A stretch of DNA of 64,000 bases from Octopus vulgaris (lineage: Eukaryota): assembly GCA_951406725.2 (NCBI GenBank), contig OX597833.1, positions 31,000,001 through 31,064,000 on the forward strand. Direction: 5' to 3'. The position numbers and the translations under genes were made by a program. Within the stretch, counting starts at the first letter, position 1. Every line of letters starts with the position of its first letter. The notes below the pieces were generated by a model that searched no databases, was not told the DNA's origin, and saw only the letters and a program-made list of their open reading frames with translations. This document shows, piece by piece, positions 54,110-64,000 of the stretch.

Positions 54110-55206
54110 CGGATATTGGTAGAATGTGTCACATAGAACAGAGTTTACTCTTAATGTTTTTGACAAAATTTTGTATTATAGAAGTTATTTCGTGTTGAAG
54201 TTGTCATATTTGGGTAATTTTAACCAATCAATGACGTGTATTCAGCCGAAGAAAATTACTGCTGCTGTCTATGAACAACTTCCGGGTCCATTATACACAC
54301 ACACACACACATTAATAATAGGCAGAAGTTACAGAGTAACAATGGCCAAATTCGTGTTTGATAAGTGCCAATGATATATATGCTGATGATAAATATACAT
54401 ATTTGTGTAGAGTATATCATCATGCAATTGAACCCATGAAAGAGCCTCTACCTGGTCGCTCAACATGCTAACAATAGCATGTCCTAGATTATCCCTAAAA
54501 AGATGGTTTGCTGAAGGCTGGAATGTCTTTGATGATAGGTTTGGTATATCTGGGTTGATTTGAGGTTAAATAACAAAATTATGGTAAATTTCTATATTAA
54601 CACCCGCGTGATTTTCACTAAGAAAAAAAAACTTGGGTTTTTTGTGTGGAATCAAATACCCTGACCTCCTAATATGCTGCAAATCCCTTATTTTGGTTCG
54701 GAAAAAAGACGGGGCACTCCATCTCGGAATCATTGGAAATTTTTTTTTTCATTGAATGAATTACTGTGACCTCCTAATAAGCTACAAAAACCCTTTTTGG
54801 GGGTCCAATTTCACTAAGGACCATAATTTTGTTGTTATTTAACCTCAAATCAACCCTGATACAGCAAACCTATCATCAAAGACATTCCAGCCTTCAGGAA
54901 ACTGTCTTTTTAAGAATAATCTAGGACATTATGTACAATGGGCATGTGATTTAGGTAGGGGATACTTTGGCTGCTATTTTTACTGTGTCGAACAACCAAG
55001 TAGAGGCTCTTTCATGGGTTTGCTTGCGTGATAAGACTTTTTTTTACACATATATGTATGTGTATATACATCATCGGCACTTATCAAACACGAATTTGGC
55101 CATTGTCACTCTGTAACTTCTGCCTATTATTAATGTGTGTGTGTAATGGACCCAGAAGTTGTTGTTCGCAAACAGCAGCAGTAATTTTCTTCAGCTGAAT
55201 ATACGT
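54110..55206. mobile_element. MITE-related fold-back element: about 350-bp inverted arms (54234-54585 vs 54820-55206)
   Basis: Left end resembles the TIR at 16909. Arms mirror each other, e.g. taataggcagaagttacagagt..aatggccaaattcgtgtttgataagtgcc vs 55076-55128. Confidence 0.8.
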
Positions 55207-56397
55207 TACCAAAGTAACGCCGTTTTAACTAAGTTAAAAGTCTTAAATATTTTTTAACAGCAAAACTAGTAACATTTGTCAATTAATTCTGGTTTCCACA
55301 TTATAATATCATTATCTGGCATATTGCAAAACAATTTTCCGATCAGAAAACTCCTTCTCAAGCCTGTTACAGCTGCTTTTTTATCTTCAACATGTGGTCT
55401 GCGAGAACGATTTTGACGTACATTTATCAACTCTCAAAACTACTCCTGAACTATGATAATGTTGTTTACATCACCTTTTGCTAGAAATAGCATGTTTGCT
55501 GAGTTCATTTCCTGCCAGTGTTTATTTCTAAGTAATTCACTTTCTTGTAACTACGACAGTATGGCTATTTTCCAGTTCCTTTCACTGCTTTAGATATCTA
55601 TGAAGAGTTTTCTTACCACATGATCCACCCTCGTAACAAGTTCGGTTCTTTTGATCTGTTTTTCTTGTCAAGTTTATAATTTCACCACCTATTTATTGCT
55701 TAATACTGCTATTGTGAATTTTTGACTGTTTCAAAAGTCATTTTTCTGTGTCTCATGGCCAAAGAACAAGGAAACTTGAAACTTTTCCAACTGTACAGCA
55801 ACTTTTCATCCCACATTCTTCGCCACTTTTTTTTCAGCTCCATTCCTCAGAAATTGCAAGAAGTTAGAATTTTTAGATTGGATTTTAGCAGTTTGCATCT
55901 TCTTTCTCTTACCTTTGACATGCATCTTGACATTTCTCAATAGTTCTGTACCTTACTTTTAAATTTGGTGCCTTGTTATGATTGCTATTTGCTATCACCT
56001 TCTTTTGGAATCACCATTTGCCAATCTTCACACAACATTGTATCAATTTTGCGACATTTTTGAACTGGACAAATGCTCAACCATTGACATTTTGAATAAA
56101 CAGCATTTCTTCCTTCACAATACCAGTAGATCTTTTTTTTTTTCTCCATCAACAACACCACTAAAGTTTATTTCAACCAATTTACATATGGAAGTTTCAA
56201 ATCTTAGATTTGTTAATATTTCAACATCCTTTTTCATCGCAAGTACAGTAACCAGCTCATTTCAACATCCTGCTTTGTTCAGTGTATGGCTTACACCGTT
56301 TTTACCACTGCAAGTCCAGCTTCTCATGATCATCCTTGCACCAGCTCAACTTTTGCTACTGCAAGTTCATTGCTAACTTTCAGCATTACAGCTTTTG

Positions 56398-58327
56398 TCA
56401 CATTGTTATTTTCTTCTTATATGTAGTTGCGAGTTGTAAAGGATCAAAGGATGGCATGTTAGGGGTGTCATCGAAGGGTGTGGACACCTCAAAATGTGCC
56501 CTTTTAAGTCTGTTGACCGACACGGTCTCTACCTGACCATTGATGTCGAGACTAAAAGTTTTGGGTGTGCACAATAGCCCATGAAATGGTCTCTTATAAG
56601 GAGAAGTGAGAGGTCCCTCGACAGAATCATCCCAAACAAAAACATGAGTCCATTTGTCAATGTCTGGTGGGACATGAGAGGGAATAGACTGGTAGATAGA
56701 ATGCATGAGTGGAAGACTTGAGAAATATGAGCGAAGTCTGGTGACATACGATGTTGGATCAGGAGGTGATGAGTTGTCTGGCACTAACATTGTACCAGGG
56801 ACTGCCAGGGTGGTACCGTAAAGGAGTTCAGCTGAGGAGAAACCTATGTCTGCTTTAAGAGCAGTACAACAACCAAGAAAAACGACAGGTAGGAATTCTG
56901 TCCAAGACTGCGGATCAGGAGTGTCATGTAGAGTGGCTTTCAGTTGCCTGTGAAAACATTTGACCATCCCGTTGGAGGCTGGGTGGTAGCTGGTCGTACA
57001 AATGTGATGAACTCCTAGGATTAGTGATAATTCACGAAATAGGGAAGTCTCAAACTGGCGTCCGTGATCAGTGGTTATTCTAGCTGGGACACCAAAGCGA
57101 GCAATCCAGTTAGAAACAAAAGCTCGAGCCACTGACTCAGTGGAAATGTCCGCTATTGCAATGGCCTTTGGCCAATGAGAGAAACGATCAATGCATGTCA
57201 ATATGTAAGAGAAACCGTGACTGACAGGCCATGGTCCAACCAGATCAATGTGGACATGGCGAAAGCAAGCCTCCGGAGGAGAAAACTGTCCAAGAGGAGT
57301 GCAAATATGCCTGTGGATTTTAGAACGCTGGCATTTTACACAAGAGTGTGCCCAATCGGTGATCATCCAGCAATGCATATTAGGCCAGAAAAACTGAGCT
57401 GTAATAAGCTTCACTGAGGCAGCATTGCCAGGATGTGACAGCGAATGTAAGGCATCAAAAATGGAGCACTGGTGGTTTTCAGGTACAAATAGTCTGGGAG
57501 AACCAGTAGCTGTGTCACAAAGAATGGTGCCTTCAGCAGACGGAAGTGGGAGATAGGCAAACTTGCAACAGGACAGCTTGGTAGAAGTTAAATCCAAAGT
57601 GTCCAGAGCTGGCTGATCCTGCACAATGGCAGTTAAATCGATTGCAGCAGGAGATGAAAGGGAGCACACAGGAAGGCGAGAGAGTGCATCAGCAGGGACA
57701 TTCTCTGTTCCAAGTATGTGCCGAATGTCACTTGTGAACTGGGAAATGTAGTCCAGGTGACGAAAAGCACGAGGCAAGTGTTTGTCCAATTTAGATGACA
57801 GAACAAACATAAGAGGCTTGTGATCAGTATAAATCACAAAATCTCAGCCCTCGAGTTGATGTTTTAAATGATGAACTGACAGGTAGATCGCGATCAGACG
57901 TACTGTACCAACATTCAGCTGGCTTTAATTGACGAGAAAAGAATGCTTTAGGTTTGGTCTGATTGTCTATGGTGTGCTGCAAAACAGCACCAATCGCAGA
58001 ATCCGATGCATCAATAGTTAAAGAGAGAGGAGGATTGGGAACTGGATATGCAAGCAACAGAACCAAAGCTATTTCTTTCTTGATCGACTCAAAAGCAGAT
58101 AATGCCTCGGCAGATAAAGTAATAGGAGAATTCTTTTTTGTATTTGCTTTCAATACCTGAGTCAAAGAAAGTAACTTGTCTGCACAATCACGAATGAATC
58201 GTCTGTAGAAGTTGGGGGGATGCAATGTGCTGAATTGCATCGACTTTGGAAGAGAGAGGTCTGATACCATTTGAGTCGATATAATGCCCCAGAAATTCCA
58301 GAAAGGACTGCCCTAAAACACACTTAT
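56398..58327 (-). mobile_element. Gypsy/Ty3 LTR retrotransposon pol fragment (RT end, RNase H, integrase)
   Basis: LEFLGHYI, NFYRRFI, DASDSAIGAVL, YTDHKPL, H..SHPG..C..CQ zinc finger, HVHIDLVGP, ITTDHGRQF, YHPASNGMV, PLTSPYKRPF (GPY/F). Frameshifts present; catalytic E mutated. Confidence 0.95.
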
Positions 58328-58430
58328 TGGAACCTGGTGCAGCTTCCCTGCTTAACCAATTCTCATTCAAATCATCCAACCCATACCAACATGGAAAACG
58401 GACATTAAATGATGATGATGATGAGGATGA
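58328..58430 (+). mobile_element. RTE/SINE 3' tail that truncates the Gypsy fragment
   Basis: catccaacccataccaacatggaaaacggacattaaat(gat)n. Confidence 0.7.
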
Positions 58431-58853
58431 TATAGTTCAGTGCAGGTTAGTCATTAGCATTAATGAGTGCTTCTTAGTGGAATCAAGAAATCTCCACATT
58501 GCATATGGTGACAAAATGATTATGTGGCTAAGGTATTGGATTAGCATTTCAAAGAACTTTTGTTTAAATCCACTACAGGGTTTTTTTTTATATATTAGTG
58601 CAATATACAGAATTCTGTATACATCAATTTGCTGAGCTGTTGGCAGCATCCTATATAGTTTTCAAGATGTTCATCCATTTGTTTTATCTTTGTTTTTTAT
58701 TAATCATGGTGGGAACAAAGAATTCATTGGTTACAAGTTTCTAAGAAACCAGTCACTGTTTCACTGCATTTGTAATGTGTTTTTGTTTGAATGTACTGGT
58801 TTATGGGTTTTCTCACCAGTGTATAATTCTATACTGTGATATTTTATTACAAG

Positions 58854-58907
<54 letters not shown>

Positions 58908-59612
58908 ACATTCATATCCACTAAGAACCACATAGTTGCAAAATACATTTCTCAACTATACATTCTATAAAAATAAAAATTTAGCTTGGATCCTTGAAAT
59001 TCTTTGGAAATTTAAGGGTCAATTTTCTATATCAATAACCAATTCCAGAATAAAAACTGCTGCATTTAGAATAATTTTGTTCATTTATCATTTAATCAAA
59101 GTAAATGACGATAGTACATGCAGTGTTTTGGGTCTTCTCAAACAAAAGGATTTTGTCGTGTGTCACTAATGCAGTTAACTTAAACGATGGTTGAAATGCC
59201 TGAAGATCAGAAGTTATAGGGATTGATTTTATTATATTATCTTTAAACTTTTCATCTTTCTGTGATATAACTCTCTTGATTCAAAACAAACCTGTTTATA
59301 TAGTATCCATATTTAAATATTTAAATCCATATTTAAATCTTCCTGTCATAATTTTATGTAAGAACCTTTTATGTCTCTTTATACCAGTCAACAATGAGCT
59401 AATAAAGGACTTTCTATTTAGTTGCTCAACGACTTAACCTATATCATAGTATCGGAGACTGAATTGATTATGTTTAAGAAGAAAACTTCATTTTGTTTTG
59501 CTTTATAACATAACTATTGTACTGCAAACATTCAACAATGTGTTTTAGACTCTTCAAAAAATATATAAGAAAATTATCAAATATGTCTCTCTCTTTTTTT
59601 TTTTTCTTACAG

Positions 59613-60145
59613 GTTCATTAAGTGTTACTGGAGTGATATTTGGTGTTCTTGCTAGTGCCAGTGTGGCTCTGAATGCCATCTATACAAAGAAGATTCTTCC
59701 TATGGTTGACCATAATATATGGCGACTTACCTTGTACAACAATGTCAATGCAACAATCCTCTTTCTCCCTTTAATCCTCATTAATGGTGAACTATCCACC
59801 ATAATCAGTTTCCCCTATATTAGGAGCCTACATTTCTGGAATATAATGTCTATCAGTGGCATCCTTGGCTTTGCCATTGGTTATGCAACTGGTCTTCAGA
59901 TCCAACTTACATCACCTCTCACACACAACATCTCTGGTACTGCCAAAGCCTGTGCTCAAACTGTTGTTGCGGCAATGTACTTTTCTGAAAGACGGTCGTT
60001 ACTGTGGTGGATAAGTAATGTAACAGTGTTGCTTGGGTCTGGTGGTTATACAGAGGTGAAGCGAAGAGAAATGAAAATTGCCCACAAAGAAGAGACACAG
60101 GTTTTGACTGAGGAAAAAGCTCCCCGAGAAATAACTGTTAAATAA
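59613..60145 (+). CDS. SLC35C1: GDP-fucose transporter last coding exon ([15 protein letters not shown]...[19 protein letters not shown]...EITVK*)
   Basis: Long polypyrimidine tract plus acag| acceptor, phase-1 start matching the previous exon, TAA at 60143-60145. [23 protein letters not shown] is diagnostic of SLC35C1. Confidence 0.97.
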
Positions 60146-60280
60146 TTTACCAGGAATTTTATTTATTATTGGATTTTTTAATTTTAATTGTGACTTGACT
60201 GTGTGATGATTGGTCAAATGGTTTAATGGCCAAATTCATTAAAAAGTAAAAAAAACTCTAATGAGTGATCATCTGCTGGA

Positions 60281-60286
60281 AATAAA
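60281..60286 (+). terminator. Candidate polyadenylation signal (AATAAA) of SLC35C1
   Basis: First AATAAA after the stop codon, followed by a T-rich tract. Alternatives lie near 60561 and 60923. Confidence 0.35.
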
Positions 60287-62554
60287 AGACCATATGAAAT
60301 GGAAAAAAAATTTTTTTTTTTTTTTTTTTTAAAGAGGAGAAACAAATTCATGGGGAAATGTTTCTTTAATTGTAGTATATTTACCTCTGACTATATGTGT
60401 GGGAATACATGTGTATGTATGAAATGTTATGTAGGAAATGAATTATATTTTGTTGATATCAGTTTTACAGTGGTAAAAATTAAGTAAATGATCTGTATAA
60501 AATTTTGTATTGTTTCTTCTGCAATCAATGAATTAACTCCCTTACTTCGCCTAACCAACTAATAAATCACACACGTATGCACACACGCACACACACACAT
60601 TATTCATATCAGGGTAGTTTTGTGGGAATGAAATATTCATCAATACTTAACTTTATGTTGAGTGTTAGGTCTACTTTGCCTCTAGCTTCAATTATATAAA
60701 TAGCACCATTCTGTTGATACACGTGAATTGACTCAATGTATGATCTATCTCCCTTCGTCCTCAGAAATTGTCCTTTTGTGTAACTAGTATTTTATGTAAT
60801 TTTACTGCTGAGCACTGTTGTGCCGGAAGAGATGTAAATGTAAACAATTCCTTATTGTGACCTGTTTCCATCTCCTGACTGATTCCATTATGCATCACTT
60901 AAGTTGCCAATGCCTTCTGGGAAATAAATGAATACACAACCATCCATCATCTCATTACCTTTTTTTTTTTTTTATGAAATTAATAGTGCATTGGATTAAA
61001 CAATTGATTGCATTCAGTTTTGGCTTCTGTATTTTGAGTTCAGGTTCAGATGGTATTGATTTCACATTTCATCCTTCCAAGACTGACTATCTATTTAGTT
61101 AAATACATGTTTCAAGCCTTCTGTCATATGAAAAAGAGCCCAATATACTGTCTATTGATTCATTCAAGTTTGATAAACACTCAGTTCAGTTGCTTGACTT
61201 TTCTTCATTAGTGGTCACTGTCAATGTGGTGGTTGCACCCCAGTTAACTTCTCAACAGATGGAAATAGAAGTTGAATTCATGACTTTCACAAATGCTTTA
61301 ATCATGAAGTGAATTGATGTTAACCAAGAATTAGGACTGGTTTGACAATTTAAATCACTGAAAGCTTAATTCTTCCTCTACAATTAGTTGACAGTGTGTT
61401 GAATGTTCTTCAATAGCTGCAGCAAACCACATCAACAGGATGACATTTTGAGGAGGAAAAGGTGTATGTATTTATTACTGCAGGACCTGGGTTTGGACGT
61501 AGTATGGTAATCAGAAGAGAAGAGATGAATGAGTTGGCAGGAGACCAGCCAATTCTGAGAAAGAGATGAAAAAATGATGAAATTTGTATTTGTTTCATAG
61601 TTAGTTCAGTAACTTTATTATGTTGTTGGGGAACCACTGAAGCTTCAGTCTTTCTGAAATGAGTCAGTGGTTTCTTCTCCAGATCAACAGGAAAACTTGA
61701 TTTCAGAATTTACCTATCAACACTGATCAGTGACACATTAACACTGATACATACAGTGATGAACTATACCACTCTGCATTACCTACTTATTTAGACATTC
61801 AAAGGATGAACCTTTTCGGTTAGTAAATGATGCTAATAGGCTCCAACAGAAGAATACTCTTTGTAGTCACCCAACTTGTTAGAAATAGTTGTCAAAACTC
61901 CCTTAAATCTCATTCTTAAAAAGGACCAGCTAAATAATGTGGTCCTGGGTTCCTTGTATATAGGTAAAAGACAGGATGGTCACATTTGGAATACCTTTGA
62001 TCATAGGTCTGAAGGTAGAATTAGCTGCTAAATCTTGTTCCAATCGTATACTTTACTCTCTTAAATAAAGGAGTACACCTTAAACAATGTAGTCAATGAT
62101 ATATCAAGAGACAAAATAGTAATGGCTGGAAAGCCTCTGTTAAGGTCTGTTTGATCAGGGCTAAAAAACATCTCTCCTAATCATACCTACTGGAAAAGTT
62201 GAATGCAGCACTATAAGATAATAAACTTCTCAATTTTATACTACTACTGCTATAAATAGTAATTACTTGTCTGTATTTTGTGGTACCCACTTATGAGTAA
62301 GTGGACTGAGTTATTTCAGAGTTAAATATATTGGCCACATCCACAGTATGTCTGTCTGGTAAACAAACTGAGTGTATGTACTCTCACTATCTAGAATTGG
62401 TAACAAATTAATAATTTTTTAATCAAGTCAGGCTTGGTAGGTAGTTGTATTGAACAGAGATAGAGAAATTTTCCTTCAGCTATTGCTGATATAATCACCA
62501 AAACTATATTTTCTTTGTCTCTTATCATCTTTAAGTCTTGCCCACTGAACTGAA

Positions 62555-62645
62555 TATACTTTACTCTTTTATTTGTTTCAGTTATTTGACTGCAGCCATG
62601 CTGGAGCACCACCTTTAGTCAAACAAATCAACTCTAGAACTTATG
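62555..62645. mobile_element. Cephalopod SINE fragment
   Basis: tttgtttcagttatttgactgcagccatgctggagcaccacctttagtc, as at 29620. Confidence 0.7.
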
Positions 62646-62690
62646 CCTTTGTTTGAAATCAATATTTTCTGTCCAATATAGGTAGAAAAG

Positions 62691-62748
<58 letters not shown>

Positions 62749-64000
62749 CTAGCCTTAGGTGCAGGGCCCAATTGACTGAGATGAGGGGTGAATTTCCAAG
62801 GGTCCACCCTTCCCCACTCCCTCCGATTTCTGTTGAAAAAATTATTTGCAGCATATTAAATTAGATTAGTTGATAGCACAAGAAAAAAAAAACAAGGAAA
62901 AACATTATTTCTCACCAAAATCGAGTTGGGTATTAAACTGTAAATTTACCAAAAACTTTCACCATCAGCGAAACTACATCTAAACTATGCTTTTTAAAAA
63001 TATTCTGGCAAAAATTGGAAAGAAATTTAACAAGAGCCTAAAGAAACTTTTATCTGTTGCATGATGTTATGCTAAAAGAGATATACATAAAAAGCAAATT
63101 AATAATTAGAATATTTTGGAAGCTGGTTATATACTTACCTTATATTTTTTCTATAACCTCTGTTGTAGAAAACAAGGTCCTGTCTGTGTGACAAGAAGCC
63201 TGTTTCTTAACTTATTAATTACTGTTAATAGCAGTACCACTGTGGCAGCAAATGTCTCCTACTATAGCCTCCCTCTCCGTGTGTGTGTGGTTGTGCATTT
63301 GTGCATGTCCAAAAACCTGAATGGGTGTCATTGCAAAGAGATTTTTGTCTTTTGAACAAGACGAGAAATTTTATCTCACCTCTCCCATCTCTCTTTCACT
63401 GTATACACACATGCACACACACACATGCATGCATATGTGTATGTATACAATTCAACACACACTAAAAAATACATATACATACAATCATACACATACTAGC
63501 ATAAACATACATATGCATACATTCACACAATACAAAGATCTCAACCAAACCAAACCACTATGAAAATTAAACTTTGTTTAATCATGTCTCTTTTATCATT
63601 CTTGCTTTATTTTTTGCTTTTTAATACATACACAGAAACACACTCACACACAAAATACACTTCATTGAAATAAAAATGTTTCCTCAAAATTAAACATATA
63701 CAAAGTATATTTATAGCAATTCATGCACAAACATATACACACACACATATATATATATATATACAATTTTCCATACACTTAAACAACTACATACATACAT
63801 ACTCTCTCACATACAAATATTTTGCACAAACGTACCCATAAACACTCCCAAACATTCACATACATACGTGCATACATACAATTGACCCTTACACTAAAAA
63901 TACAAGCAAGGCTGATCCAAACAATTTCGGATGAATGGGTTTATCTTTTGGTATCTTGTGTCGCTAAAGTATGCTTTTTTAAAGGAGCATTTCTATGTAG

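Noticed and set aside
55210-56390. Possible decayed coding sequence on the minus strand next to the Gypsy integrase
   Set aside because: Many stops and no motif I could assign; probably another old transposon, but unsupported.

Overview
Eukaryotic, AT-rich, repeat-dense genomic DNA, most likely an octopus (inferred from the SINE/RTE repeat landscape and long (TA)n tracts, not from a search). There is one host gene on the + strand, a GDP-fucose transporter (SLC35C1-like). Four coding exons are visible (18383-18474, 46247-46363, 52865-52973, 59613-60145). At least one internal exon is missing and probably lies in the 100-N gap at 29784-29883. The rest is decayed mobile DNA: CRE, CR1-like, RTE and R4/Dong LINEs, several Penelope-like elements, Gypsy pol, Helitrons, maT/Tc1/pogo transposons, MITEs and SINEs. 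The most striking feature is a set of type I hammerhead ribozyme (HHR) motifs read directly from the sequence. A young, non-coding 493-bp tandem array (11462-12926) carries one complete HHR per unit and resembles a retrozyme (circular RNA) element; it sits at the centre of an older inverted pair of HHR-bearing repeats. Several more HHRs lie in sense orientation inside the SLC35C1 introns. All calls were made by eye, so repeat boundaries are approximate.
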